From an uncultured delta proteobacterium (GTDB lineage: Bacteria > Myxococcota_A > Polyangia > Polyangiales > Polyangiaceae), in contig CAWAIF010000003.1 in assembly GCA_963782055.1 (NCBI GenBank), positions 4,480,001-4,544,000 on the forward strand: a DNA stretch of 64,000 bases, read 5' to 3'. A program made the position numbers and the translations under genes. Of the stretch, positions 20,737 through 33,100 are shown piece after piece. Within the stretch, counting starts at the first letter, position 1, and each line of letters opens with the position of its first letter. The notes beneath the pieces were generated by a model. It did not search any database. It was not told the origin of the DNA and saw only the letters and a program-made list of their open reading frames with translations.

Positions 20737-21180
20737 TCACTCCGCCGGCGCGCGGTTGTGCACCACCATCACGTTGCGGTGGGCGAGGTTCGCCACCTTG
20801 GCGGCGGTGGTGCCCAGGATCCGGTCCACGCCGTGGTAGCCGTGGCTGCCCATCACGATGAGGTCGACGTCCAGCTCGGCGGCCGACTCCAGGATGGTGC
20901 GCCACGGCTGCGTGCCGCTGCGCGCCACCGGGCGCTCCACGCGCAGCTCGGCGGCGCGGGCGGCGAGGTGCCGCAGGTCCTCCAGCGCGGACGCGATGAG
21001 GTAGGTCGGGAGCGGGTCGGCCTGGCCGAGCTTGGCGGCGGGCGGGAAGTCGGGCGGCACGGCGACCACCCGCAGCAGCCAGAGCCGCGCCCCGAAGGCG
21101 CGGGCCACCTCCGCCGCCGCGTCGAAGACACCAGGCGCCCGCTCCGACGCATCCAGCGCGCACAGGATCGTGCGGATCAC
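20737..21180 (-). CDS. Universal stress protein
   Basis: IRTILCALDAS...DVDLIVMGSHG..RILGTTAAKV; the GTG start overlaps the RND stop (GTGA). Confidence 0.9.
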   Translation of the reverse strand: MIRTILCALDASERAPGVFDAAAEVARAFGARLWLLRVVAVPPDFPPAAKLGQADPLPTYLIASALEDLRHLAARAAELRVERPVARSGTQPWRTILESAAELDVDLIVMGSHGYHGVDRILGTTAAKVANLAHRNVMVVHNRAPAE

Positions 21181-24100
21181 GCGTGCGCCTCCGCGACGGG
21201 CCCGGCGGCGTGCTCCGGGGGTGTCTCCGGCACCGCACGCTTCGCCAGCAGCAGGAACATGACCGGGACGAGGAAGAGGGAGAGCACCAGCGAGGACGTC
21301 AGGCCGCCGACCACAGCGAGGGCCAGCGGCTGGTTGGCCTCGGTGCCCTTCTCCAGACCGGTGGCGACGGGCACCAGGCCGATGATGGTCGCGAGGCTGG
21401 TCATGAGGATGGGGATGAAGCGGATGCGGGCCGCGCCGATGACGGCCTCCACCTTCTCGTGCCACTCGCCGGAGCTCTCGGCGAAGCGCCGGTTGGCCTC
21501 GTCGACGAGGAGGATGCCGTTGGACACCGCGATGCCGACGACCATCAGCACACCCATGAGGGCGATGACCGAGAAGCCCTGCCCGGCGATCATCAGCGCC
21601 ATCACGATCCCGCAGAGCGACACCGGGATGGTGAAGAGCATGACGAGCGGGAGGCGCAGCGACTTGAACTGCGTCGCCATCAGCATGAAGACCACCATCA
21701 CCGCGAGGGCGATGGCCACGCCGATGCCGGAGAAGGTGGTGCGCATCAGCTCGACCTGACCGACGAAGTCGAAGGGGATGTCGCGCGTGGTGGGGTCGTG
21801 GTGGAGCTTCTGCTCCAGCTCGGCGGCGGCGCTGCCGACGTCGCGCCCCTCGGTCTGCATGAGCACGTGCGCGGCGCGCTGGAGCTGGTTGCGCTCGATG
21901 GCGACGGGACCGACGTTGCGGTGCACGTGGCCGTACGCACCGAGGGGCACCGCCTTGCCGTCGGCCGTGACGCGCGCCGGGACGCTCGCCAGGGCGCTGG
22001 GGTCGCTCACGCGGGAGCCGTCGTAGTAGGTGACGACGTAGTAGGCCTCGCCGTTGCTGGGGTCGACCCACGTGCTCGGGCGGTTGATGTCGCCCAGCGT
22101 GGACTCCAGCGTCGTCTGCGCGGCGCTGCGCGCGGTGATGCCCACGAGGCCCGCCTCCTCGCGGTCGGTGTTGACGTGCACCTCCGGGTAGTCGTTCTCC
22201 AGCGACACGCGCACGTCGCGGATGCCAGGGACGGTGCGCGCCACGTTGGCGACCTTCTTCGCCTGCTGCTCCAGCTCGGCGAGGTTGTTGCCGCGCAGCT
22301 CGACGACCAGCGGGGCGTAGTAGCCGTTGGCGAAGACGCTCGCGACGAGGCCGCCGGGCCACTGCAGGAAGCTGACGCCGGGGTAGTTGCGCTTGAGGAT
22401 GTCGCGCGACATGTCGGCGATCTGCTGCTGCGAGAGCGTCCGGTGGTCGGCGTCCGCCAGCGCGAGGCGGATGAAGCCCATGTGCGGCCCGTCGTTCGGG
22501 CTGTTCATCGCGCTGCGCGCGTGCTTGGGCGAGCCCACGTTGGTGAGCACCAGGTCCACGTTCCCGGGGGGCAGCTGGTCGGCGAGGGTCTTGCCCATCG
22601 CCTGGATCTCCTTCGCCGAGTCCTCGATCGACACGCCCGGCGCCAGCCGGACGTAGACGCGCTCCATGGACTCGTCGATCTCGGGGAAGAAGGTGCTGGG
22701 CAGGCGCATCGCCGCCACCATGCTGCCGCCGACGAGGGCGAGGGCGGCGAGGATGACGGTGCCACGGTGGGGCAGCACCGCGCGCAGCGCCGCGGCGTAC
22801 CCGTTGGCCAGGCGGTCGACGCCGGTCTCGAACACGCGCGCGATCCGCCCGGGCTTGTGGTGTCCAAGGAAGTAGCGGCACGCCACCGGGGTGATCGTCA
22901 TGCTCACCGCGTATCCGGCGAACATGCCGACCGCGACCGTGAGCGCCAGCGGCGCGAAGAGCTTCTTGGCGAGGCCGGCGAGCAGCAGCACCGGCAGCAG
23001 CACCGCGGTCGTGGTGAGGGTGGCGGCGAGCGCCGGCGCGGCGACCGCCCGCGTCCCGTCGAGGGCGGCGGCCCACGGCGACTTGCCCATCAGGCTGTGG
23101 CGGTGCACCGACTCGATGACCACGACGGATATGTCGACGAGCGGTCCCATCGCCAGGGTGAGCCCGCCCAGCGTGAAGGCGTTGAGCGTCTGCCCGGTGC
23201 CGTAGAGCGCGAGCAGGATGATGCCGAAGGAGATGGGGATGGCGATGGCCGAGATGAGCACCGCGCGCGGGTTCTGCAGGAACACCAGGATGACCAGGCT
23301 GATGAGCACCAGCGCCTGCAGGATCTCCCGGCGCAGCCCGGTGAAGGTGGTGCGTACGAACGTCGACTGGTCGAAGATGGGCTTGACGTGCAGGCCCGGC
23401 GGCAGGTCCCTCAGGCCCCGGATCTTGTCCTTGACCGCGTCCACGATGGCGAGGGTGTTGCCGCCCGGCACGCGCAGCACGTTGAGGTACACCGCGTTCT
23501 GGCCGTTGATGTTGACCGACTGCGTGAGCGCGCTGCCGCCGTCCACGATGCGCGCGACGTCCTTGATGAGCACCGGCTTGTCGCCGTGCTCCTTGACCAC
23601 CGCCTGCCCGATGGTGCGCACGCGCTCCGGGACGGCGTTGGTGTAGACGTTGGAGTCGAACTTGGGGGAGATGAAGACGCCGGAGGGGAGCAGGGCGTTG
23701 GAGCGCGAGACGGCCGCCGCCACGTCGCTGGAGGTGATGCCGCGCGCCTGGGCGGCCACCGGGTCGACGACCACGTTGATCTGCCGCTGCCGGCCGCCGT
23801 TGACCGAGGCGCTCGCCACGCCGGGGATGCCTTCGAGCAGCGGCTCCACGTTCTCCATGGCGAAGTCGTAGAGCTGCGGGCCGGAGAGGCCGCCACCCCA
23901 CACCGCCACCTGCACGACGGGCGCGTTGGACGGGTCGTACTGCAGCACGAAGGGCGGGAGCACGCCGAGCGTCTTCGGTACGGCGCTCATCGCGAAGGCC
24001 GTCTGCTGCTGCACCAGCGTCTGCGCGGCGTTCAGGTCGGTCCCCCACTTGAGCCACACGTAGACGATGGAGAGGTTGTTGCGCGAGATGCTCTCCACGT

Positions 24101-24329
24101 GGTCCACGCCGGGCGTGGCGCTCACGTATTTCTCGATGCGCCAGGTGAGGGTCTTCTCGACGTCCTTCGGGCCCAGGCCGGGCGCGAGGGTGCCCACCAC
24201 CAGCACCGGGGGCGTCAGGTCCGGGAAGGTGTCGACGGCCATGCGCGGCGTCACCACGCCGGCGAACACCACCAGCGCGACCGAGATCATCAGGATCGCG
24301 ATCGGGTTGCGCAGCGAGAGGGAGGTCAC
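21177..24329 (-). CDS. RND efflux permease (AcrB/CzcA superfamily)
   Basis: 1050 aa; VDTFPDLTPP, AIPISFG, LNAFTLGGLTLAMGPLVD, LFAPLALTV, RFIPILMTSLATIIGLVP, QPLALAVVGGL. Confidence 0.95.
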   Translation of the reverse strand: MTSLSLRNPIAILMISVALVVFAGVVTPRMAVDTFPDLTPPVLVVGTLAPGLGPKDVEKTLTWRIEKYVSATPGVDHVESISRNNLSIVYVWLKWGTDLNAAQTLVQQQTAFAMSAVPKTLGVLPPFVLQYDPSNAPVVQVAVWGGGLSGPQLYDFAMENVEPLLEGIPGVASASVNGGRQRQINVVVDPVAAQARGITSSDVAAAVSRSNALLPSGVFISPKFDSNVYTNAVPERVRTIGQAVVKEHGDKPVLIKDVARIVDGGSALTQSVNINGQNAVYLNVLRVPGGNTLAIVDAVKDKIRGLRDLPPGLHVKPIFDQSTFVRTTFTGLRREILQALVLISLVILVFLQNPRAVLISAIAIPISFGIILLALYGTGQTLNAFTLGGLTLAMGPLVDISVVVIESVHRHSLMGKSPWAAALDGTRAVAAPALAATLTTTAVLLPVLLLAGLAKKLFAPLALTVAVGMFAGYAVSMTITPVACRYFLGHHKPGRIARVFETGVDRLANGYAAALRAVLPHRGTVILAALALVGGSMVAAMRLPSTFFPEIDESMERVYVRLAPGVSIEDSAKEIQAMGKTLADQLPPGNVDLVLTNVGSPKHARSAMNSPNDGPHMGFIRLALADADHRTLSQQQIADMSRDILKRNYPGVSFLQWPGGLVASVFANGYYAPLVVELRGNNLAELEQQAKKVANVARTVPGIRDVRVSLENDYPEVHVNTDREEAGLVGITARSAAQTTLESTLGDINRPSTWVDPSNGEAYYVVTYYDGSRVSDPSALASVPARVTADGKAVPLGAYGHVHRNVGPVAIERNQLQRAAHVLMQTEGRDVGSAAAELEQKLHHDPTTRDIPFDFVGQVELMRTTFSGIGVAIALAVMVVFMLMATQFKSLRLPLVMLFTIPVSLCGIVMALMIAGQGFSVIALMGVLMVVGIAVSNGILLVDEANRRFAESSGEWHEKVEAVIGAARIRFIPILMTSLATIIGLVPVATGLEKGTEANQPLALAVVGGLTSSLVLSLFLVPVMFLLLAKRAVPETPPEHAAGPVAEAHA

Positions 24330-25510
24330 TTCTTCGCTCCCGCGGTCGCGTCGACCTTCTCGACCGTCGCCGCCACGCGATCCTTGTCGTTCAGCAGGTC
24401 GCGCCCCTCGATGACGACCTGGGACCCCGGCGCGAGCTTGGGGTCGACGTAGAGGACGCCGTCGCGCTCACCCTCGAGGGGTATGACGCGCTTGCGCGCC
24501 ACCCCGTCCTGCACGACGAAGACGCTGACCTTCTGGCCGCGTACCACCGCCGCGGCGAGCGGTACGGCCACCGCGGGCCTTGGCTGGCCCACGTCGATGC
24601 GCAGCTCGGCCGTGGTGCCCACCGGGATCTGCCGGTCGGGATCGGGCACGTCCAGCTCGAAGTGGACGGTGCGCGTGGCCGGGTCGGCCGCCGGCGCGCG
24701 CCGCGCGATGACGGCGGAGATGTCCTTTTCGGTGGACAGGACGTGGACGTGGACCTTCGTCCCCGGGGCGACCACGTCGAAGTCGACCTCCGGCGCGTCG
24801 CCCGTGACGCGGACGGTGCTCCGGTCGACCACCGACACGAGCGCCGTCCCCGGCCTGGCGAAGGCCCCCGGGTCCATCATCCGCTGCGAGACCTCCCCGT
24901 CGAAGGGAGCGCGCAGGATGCAGTCGTTCACCTCGAGCGAGCTCCCGAGGAGTCGCGCGCGCGTCGCGAGGAGCTGTGCCTGCTCGCTCGCGCTCTGCGC
25001 CTCCTTCTGCTCCACGTCGTTGGGCGAGACGAACCCGCCGTCGAGCAGGCCGCGCACACGCGCCGCCTCGTTCGCCACGGCTTGCTGCTGCGCCGAGACG
25101 GCGCGCGCCTGCATGGCGACGGCCTGCGCGGTGGCGCTCGCGTCGCGGCAATCGAGGGTCGCCACGACGTCACCCTTGTTCACCTTCGCGCCAGGCCGCA
25201 CGAGCACGGTGTCGACGTAGGCGCTCACCAGCTGGGGTCCCACCTTCGCCTCGACCCACGGCTCGATGGTGCCGACGTACTCGCGCTGGTCGCGGAAGGG
25301 GGTGCCCTTCACCGCGATCACCGCGACCGGCTTGGCCGAGGAGGACAGCGCGACCTTGTTGGTCTTCGCCTCGGCGCGCATGACCATCCACCCGCCGCTC
25401 CCGAGCAGGATGGCGACCCCCGCGGCGATCCCCACGGGGATCCACGGGCGCCGCCGCGGCATGGGCGGGGCGCGGTGATGGGGTGGGTTGTGGGGTACGT
25501 GCTCGCTCAT
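24326..25510 (-). CDS. RND periplasmic adaptor (membrane fusion protein)
   Basis: N-terminal TM segment, VRPGAKVNKGDVVATLD, LRAPFDGEV, ADPATRT, AVPLAAAV; translationally coupled at both ends. Confidence 0.92.
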   Translation of the reverse strand: MSEHVPHNPPHHRAPPMPRRRPWIPVGIAAGVAILLGSGGWMVMRAEAKTNKVALSSSAKPVAVIAVKGTPFRDQREYVGTIEPWVEAKVGPQLVSAYVDTVLVRPGAKVNKGDVVATLDCRDASATAQAVAMQARAVSAQQQAVANEAARVRGLLDGGFVSPNDVEQKEAQSASEQAQLLATRARLLGSSLEVNDCILRAPFDGEVSQRMMDPGAFARPGTALVSVVDRSTVRVTGDAPEVDFDVVAPGTKVHVHVLSTEKDISAVIARRAPAADPATRTVHFELDVPDPDRQIPVGTTAELRIDVGQPRPAVAVPLAAAVVRGQKVSVFVVQDGVARKRVIPLEGERDGVLYVDPKLAPGSQVVIEGRDLLNDKDRVAATVEKVDATAGAKK

Positions 25511-26898
25511 TGCAATCCCTCGGCGATGGCGCGCGCGAACGCGGCGCGCGCGCGCGCGACGTCGAACTGTCCCATCGCGTATTGAATGTCCGCGTCGGTG
25601 CGCAGGGCCTCTGCGTCGGCGAGCTCGGTGCTCGTGCCGAGCCCCGCCTTGAAGCGCGCGTCCGCCTGCGCGTAGTTCGCGCGGGCGGCGTCGACGGCGC
25701 GCCGCAGGCCGGGCAGCGCCGCGCGCGAGACCTGCACCGTGACGTACGCCTGGCGCACGGCGGTGGTCTCGCGCTGGCGCTGCACGCTCACCTCGGCGCG
25801 GCGCGCGTCCTCCATGGCGCGCGAGGCCCGGACGCGCGCGTCGATCGTGCCGTCGAAGAGCGGCCAGGTGAAGATCACCGCGGCGTCCCAGTTGGGCACG
25901 TTGGGCACCCACCCGTCGTCGGTGGCCGGGGCGCCGTTGCCGGAGGGCGGGGCGCCGCCGGCGCGCCCGGAGAAGGTCGCCGTCGCCGACAGGTCGGGCC
26001 GCCGCAGGGCGCCGATGGCGCGGGTCTCGGCCTCCTGCGCGCGCACCGCGGCGAGGGCGCGCAAGAGGAGCGGGTCGCGCGAGGAGGCCTCGCGGATCGC
26101 CGCTTCGAGCGTGGGGATGTCGGGCGGCGCGGTAGGCGCCCCCGCGGCGTCCAGCGCGGCCTCGTCGCTGCCGACCGCGGCGGCGAGGAGCGTCTGCGCC
26201 GTCTGAAGGGCGCCGCCGGCGCGCACACGGCCGATGTCGAAGCGCGCCAGGTCCGCCTCGGCCCGCGTGAGCTCGATGGGCGGCCGAAGCCCGGACGCGA
26301 CGCCCGCCTTGGCCAGGTCGCGGTGCACGCGCGCGCGCTCGTACGCGTCGCCGGCCGCCTTCACGATCGACTTCGCCGCGAGCACCGCGAAGTACGCCTC
26401 CTCCACCTGGAAGGTCACGTCCAGATCGGCCGCGCGCCCGCTCTGCTTCTCCACCTCGACGAGCGCGTCGGCCGCGGCCGACTGCGCGGCGATGCGACCG
26501 AAGTCGAAGAGCTCCTGCGTGACGCCCACCGCAGCGACGGTCGAGGCGTACGGCTGGAAGCTGCCGCCGTCCGTCACGCGCGAGCCGCCGACGCGCGGCA
26601 GGTCGAGCACGCCCACGCCGAGGTAGCTGGCCGTGGTGTTGTTGGACGTCGCGGCGAACAGCTCCGCGCCGATGCCCACGGTGGGGAGCCACTGCGCGCG
26701 CGGCACCCTCGCCTCGGCCATCCGCTCCGCCACGCGCCGCTCGGCGGCCTGCACGGCCGGCTGGTGCGCGCGGGCGTAGGCGATCGCGTCGGGCAGGGAG
26801 ATGGCGCGGGGCCTGGGGGGCTCGGCGGCGCGGGCGGCGCGCGGAAGCCACGACAGGGCCAAGCTCAACAAGAACACGGGGATCCGCCGGAGCGACAT
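25507..26898 (-). CDS. TolC-family outer membrane efflux protein
   Basis: Signal peptide, ISLPDAIAYARAHQP, QELFDFG, EAYFAVL, WPLFDG, RFKAGLGTSTELADAE. Start is 26898 (alternative 26907). Confidence 0.92.
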   Translation of the reverse strand: MSLRRIPVFLLSLALSWLPRAARAAEPPRPRAISLPDAIAYARAHQPAVQAAERRVAERMAEARVPRAQWLPTVGIGAELFAATSNNTTASYLGVGVLDLPRVGGSRVTDGGSFQPYASTVAAVGVTQELFDFGRIAAQSAAADALVEVEKQSGRAADLDVTFQVEEAYFAVLAAKSIVKAAGDAYERARVHRDLAKAGVASGLRPPIELTRAEADLARFDIGRVRAGGALQTAQTLLAAAVGSDEAALDAAGAPTAPPDIPTLEAAIREASSRDPLLLRALAAVRAQEAETRAIGALRRPDLSATATFSGRAGGAPPSGNGAPATDDGWVPNVPNWDAAVIFTWPLFDGTIDARVRASRAMEDARRAEVSVQRQRETTAVRQAYVTVQVSRAALPGLRRAVDAARANYAQADARFKAGLGTSTELADAEALRTDADIQYAMGQFDVARARAAFARAIAEGLQ

Positions 26899-26922
26899 CA
26901 CGGGCATCGACGCAGGGCCCCA

Positions 26923-26938
26923 AGCAGAATCCGCACCA
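26923..26938 (-). promoter_or_regulatory. sigma54 (-24/-12) promoter for the tolC-MFP-RND-USP operon
   Basis: Minus strand TGGTGCGGATTCTGCT (GG-N10-GC). Confidence 0.65.
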
Positions 26939-26982
26939 GCGGCGCGCCGCCGACGTGGACGCGACGCGCGGGTGGCCACGGC

Positions 26983-27020
26983 GCGGAGAAACTCCCGGCC
27001 AGAGCGGGAAAAATTCCCGC
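26983..27020. promoter_or_regulatory. Tandem bEBP enhancer (UAS)-like palindromes
   Basis: GCGGGAA-AAA-TTCCCGC perfect dyad (27004-27020) and a degenerate copy GCGGAGAAACTCCCGGC (26983-26999), 21 bp apart. Confidence 0.6.
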
Positions 27021-27199
27021 AGCGCGCCGCGGGCTTTTCACGAGCCCCGCGACGCTCTGCGGCCGCGCGCGAGAGCCCCGCGCGAAGCTTGGACTTGCAG
27101 AAAACGCGGCGTGACGTAGAAGCCCGTCAGTGCCAACGAGGCCCGACGCAGACATGGGGCACGCTGCCTGGGATCCCGCAAGCGTGCGGGACCTGGTGG

Positions 27200-27215
27200 T
27201 GGCTCGCGCCTTGCT
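27200..27215 (+). promoter_or_regulatory. sigma54 promoter for the histidine kinase-response regulator operon
   Basis: TGGCTCGCGCCTTGCT (GG-N10-GC, TTGCT at -12). Confidence 0.65.
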
Positions 27216-27299
27216 CGCTTGGACACCCCGATGGTCGTCCGTCGCTCGCTCCCGCCTGCCCCCGCGCCTGGCGGGCGGCCTCCCGTACGGCGGCCCGGC

Positions 27300-28740
27300 A
27301 TGAAGTCGTCCACCATCGTCGTGTGGGTGGTGGTGGCGATCGCCGCGCTCGGCGGGCTGGAGTACTGGGACGAGCAGCGCGAGGCGGGGATGGCGCTCGA
27401 CGACTTCGCCGCCGAGCAGGCCACCGTGGCGCACGGCGCGGCCGCCGCGCTGCAGGCGTGCATCGACTCCGGGCCGGTGCCGGGTGCCGAACCGAGCCCG
27501 GAGCTGCTCGCGCCGCTCGAGGCGGTGGAGGACAAGGGGAGCGTGCAGGTGCTCGTGCGGCGGCCGGGCACCGACGTCCTGCAGACGACGTCGGGGGCCA
27601 CCGTCCGCGCGCCGGACATCGTCGCGGCGCTCTCCCGCGCGAAGTCCCCGTCGTGGGTCCAGATCACACGCGCCGACGCGGCGGCCCTCGGCCTCCCCGC
27701 GCGCACCGCGATGGCCGGGCTCGCCCGGGCGAGGCCGCGGGCGGGCGGGACGTGGGGTGTTGCCATCATCGCCACCGCCGAGCGGCAGCGCGACCGCGAG
27801 CTGCGCGCGCAGTGGCGCCTGGGGCTCGGCTTCTTCCTCTCCTCCGGGCTGGTGCTCGCCTTCGGCACCCTCGCGCTGCGCAAGCAGCGCAAGGAGCTGG
27901 AGCTCGCGCACCGGCTGGAGCTCGCCCTCGCGGTGCAGGCGCGCGACGAGGAGCTCGTGCGCGCCGACAAGCTCGCCTCCCTCGGCGCGCTCGCCACCGG
28001 CATCGCGCACGAGGTCTCCACGCCGCTCGGGGTCATCGTCGGGCGCGCCGAGCAGCTCGCGCCGAAGGTGGCCGGCGACGAGAAGGCGCGCCGCGCGGTG
28101 GACGCCATCGCCGAACAGGCCGAGCGCATCGGCAGGGTCATCCGCGGCTTCCTCGGCCTGGTGCGCAGCGGGACGCCCACCCTCGAGCACGTGCCGCCGT
28201 CGCTCGTCGTGCGGGAGGCGGTCGACCTGGTGGAGCACCGCTTCCGGCGCGCCGAGGTGACGCTCTCCGCCGAGGTGCCGCAGGACCTGCCGCTCGTGGC
28301 GTGCGACGCCCGGCTCTTCGAGCAGGTGCTCGTCAACCTGCTGCTCAACGCGTGCGACGCGTGCGAGGCGGGCGGGCGCGTGGACGTCACCGTGCGCGGC
28401 GACGGCGAGCGGGTGGGCTTCGTGGTGGTCAACGACGGCGTCGGCATCAGCGCCGCGGCGGTGGCGCACGCGGGCGAGCCCTTCTTCACCACCAAGCCGC
28501 CCGGACGCGGCACCGGTCTCGGCCTCGCCATCGCGACCGAGATCGTCAAGCTGCACCACGGCACGCTGACGGTCAGCCCTCGCACCGGCGAGGGGACGCG
28601 CGGCACGCGGGCGTGCGTCGAGATGCCGGCCCTCTTCGACCCGGTCGCCAGGCGCAGGGCGTCGAGCCGCCCGCCTCCCGCCGACGGGAGCTCGGCGCCG
28701 CCCCCGTCGCTGCCCCAGGCCCCCGGCCGCACGGTGACGC

Positions 28741-28748
<8 letters not shown>
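27300..28748 (+). CDS. Membrane sensor histidine kinase (NtrB-like)
   Basis: Two TM segments; H-box GIAHEVSTPL; N-box QVLVNLLLNA; DGVGI, EPFFTTKPPGRGTGLGL. Confidence 0.93.
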
Positions 28749-30105
<1,357 letters not shown>

Positions 30106-30165
30106 GCGGGACGCGCCTGCCTGGTCCGTCGCTCCAGTGGGACCGGGCGCGAGGTCTGGTCCAGG

Positions 30166-33100
30166 TCAGCCGAGCGTCGCGGCGTCGCGGACGAGCTCGC
30201 TCGCCACGCGCGGGTCGAGATCGCCGAACGTCACGTCGCGGAGCTCCAGCTCGCCCACCGTCTGCTCCGGCCTCGCCTTGATCGCGCCGATGGTGAGCCC
30301 CGGCGTGATGCCGAGGCGCGCCGACGCGCCGGCGGCGCCGAAGCGGTCGAGCGGGAAGGCGAGCGTCTTGACCGTGCCGCCGTCCGGAGGCGTGCGGATC
30401 CAGCCGCGCCCCGTGAGCAGCTCGTCGACCGCCGCCCACGGCACCTTGCGGCCGACCGCATCCGTGTATTTTGCACCTTTCGGCCGAAACGTCTCGCGCC
30501 CGAGCTGGGCGAACGGCTGGAGGATCTCGTAGTCGTCGAAGACGCGCGCCATCTTCGCCCACTTGTCGGGATCCTGGTCGAGGGCGTGCGCGATGCGCAC
30601 CTCGGTCGCGCCGTCGATCGACACGGTCACGTCGTCCTCGTTCGCGAACGTCCCGTCCTCGGCAACGCGCACGAGCTCGCCGTCGACCCGCCACACGATG
30701 CGCGGCGCGAGGTGGTGGAGCAGCGGGTGGCGCACCACCTCGCGGAGCCACGCCTCGCGCTCCCAGGCGCGCGCCTCGCGCATGGCGCGCTCGAGGCGGA
30801 GGATCTGCGTGCGCGCGACGTGGGAGAGATCCTCGGCGAGCGTCGCGAAGCGCGCCGCGGCGGCCTTCGCCTTCTCGCGATCGTCCGACTTCACCGGCTT
30901 GGGTGGCGCCGCCTTGCGCTCGCCGTCCACGATCACGTGGGCCGCGAGCTGCTCGTCGAGCTTCACCTCGAAGGTGCGCGCGCCGTAGTCGAGCACGATC
31001 GGCCCCAGATCGAGGCCGAGCTCCGGTACGAGGATGTCCTCGAGCTCGGCGTACTCGACGCCGCGCTGCGCGGCGACCTGCTCGAGGATCTGCCGCGCGC
31101 GCTGCTGGGTGTCGGCGAACTTCGCCGCGAGCCCGCGCTCGTAGAGGAGCGACAGGGCGACGTCGGTGCCGATGAGCGCGAGCACGTCGAGCGACTTCTG
31201 CATCAGCGCGACGCTCACCTGCACCCACTTGCGGGCCGCGGTGTCGATCTTGCGCGCGACCTCGTCGGAGCCGAGGTGGCCCGCGGCGAAGAGCGCCCAG
31301 TCGTGGCGCGCATGCCCGCCGGTGAGGACGTAGTCGGAGACGAGCGCCCAGACGAAGGTGTCGAGCGAGTCCTGCGTGCAGGCGGCCTTGATCTCGCTGA
31401 CGACGGCGTGGCCGTGGTCCTTCGGGAGCACCGAGAGGACGGCGAGCAAGTTCGCGACCGCCGCCTCGGGCAGCGCGGCGCCGCTCTTCGCGAGCACGGG
31501 CGCGGGCAGGGCCGACGCCCTCGCGAACGGCGGCATCTTGCCGGGCGCGGGCAGGGCGTCGTCGGGCTCCAGCAGCTTCGGGTCGATGCCGAGCGACCTC
31601 GCGACGGCGGCGACCGCGCCGACCTTCCCGGCGTCGGCGACAACGGCGATCCCCGCGCGCCCCGCGCGCCTGAGCTTCGTGTCCTTACCGACGGCCGCGG
31701 GCACGAGCCCCTTCGCGGCGAGGTCGGCGTGCTCGATCAAGAACGCCCGGACCTCCGGGGCCTCCTTCGTCCGAGCGAGCAGGGACGCCAGCGCGACCGC
31801 GCCACGCGGCGAGAGCACGTGGGTGAAGAACCCGACGTTGAGCGCGGGCTCCCGCGCGGCGGCTTCGATCACCACCGGCGCCGCCTCCGGGCCGAGGTCC
31901 GCCAAGAGGCCTTCGAGGTACTCGTTGCGGATCTTGGGGTAGTAGCCCGACTCCAGGTGCGCCTTCAGGCTCGCGACGTTCCGGAATCGCGTCCAGAGAG
32001 GTCCCTGCACCCAGCCCACGTAACGGTCGGGCTCGAGCTGGGTGACCGGCTCGATCGGGATGGGCAGGTCGAGGACGAGCTCGTTTCCAGCGTTCTTCTT
32101 CTTCCACTGCGGCTCGCGGAGGGCGGCGGGCACGTCGGCGGCGGACGCGGTCGCCACCGCCGCAGCCACAGAGCGAGCCCCGGCCGGCGCGTGGCGGCGC
32201 ACGGCCTCGAGGATGGTCGTCGCGGCCGCGCCCGCCTTGCCCCTCTGCTTCGAAGCGGCGTCGAGCGCGCCGACGTGATGGGGGTGGAGCGTGAAGTACT
32301 CGAGCGCGACGGGTTGCACCGGCTTCGCGTGCGCGTGGCACGCGAGATAGTCGGCAACGTCGGCGTCGTCGATGCATGCGAGCACTTGGGCGTACGCCTT
32401 GTAGTCGCCGGGCGTCGACGACTTCTCCGTCTTCGGCAAGAGGGCGAGCATCGCGCGCTTCATCATCGTGGTCGGTAGGTGCTCGAGGGCGTGCGCCAGG
32501 CTCGATGCGGTGCTGAAGTGCACGTACTTGAAGGTCTGGAGGATCTTCTCGACCGCGTCGGCGTCGTGCGACTCGGCGATGAGCGCGCGCACGGCATCGG
32601 AGTCACGATCGAACTTCTCGAGGTACGCCGCGTCCGCGGCCGCGCGGCGCGCAATCTCGTCGATGGTCTCCTGGTCGCGCACGAGGCGCGCGAGCGCGAC
32701 GTGCGCCACCGGGGGAAGCGCTACGACGAGCGGCTCGAGCTCGCGTTTCAGGCGGGCGAGCTCCTCCGGAGCGCCATCGCGCGCGTACGGGATGAGCGTG
32801 GTGAGCGCGGACTGCACTCGGTAGGCGCGGCCGCCGTCGTCCGTGGCGCGCACGAGCCGCTCGTCGGCCATCGCCCGCGTGGAGGCGAGATCGACGAGCG
32901 GGTCGTGGAGCAGGAGGCGCGCGGCGTGCTCGACGCCGAGCGCGCGGGCCCAGTTCCCGGCGAGGTCCGGCGTGTAGAAGCCCAGGCCGTGGACGAAGTG
33001 ACGGAGCAAGTTGGAGGCGGCGACCTGCGTCTCGTCGTCATGGGCGGCGGTGAAGCGCCCGTCGTCGTCGGCGAGCCAGGCGCGGATCTTCGCGGCGAGG

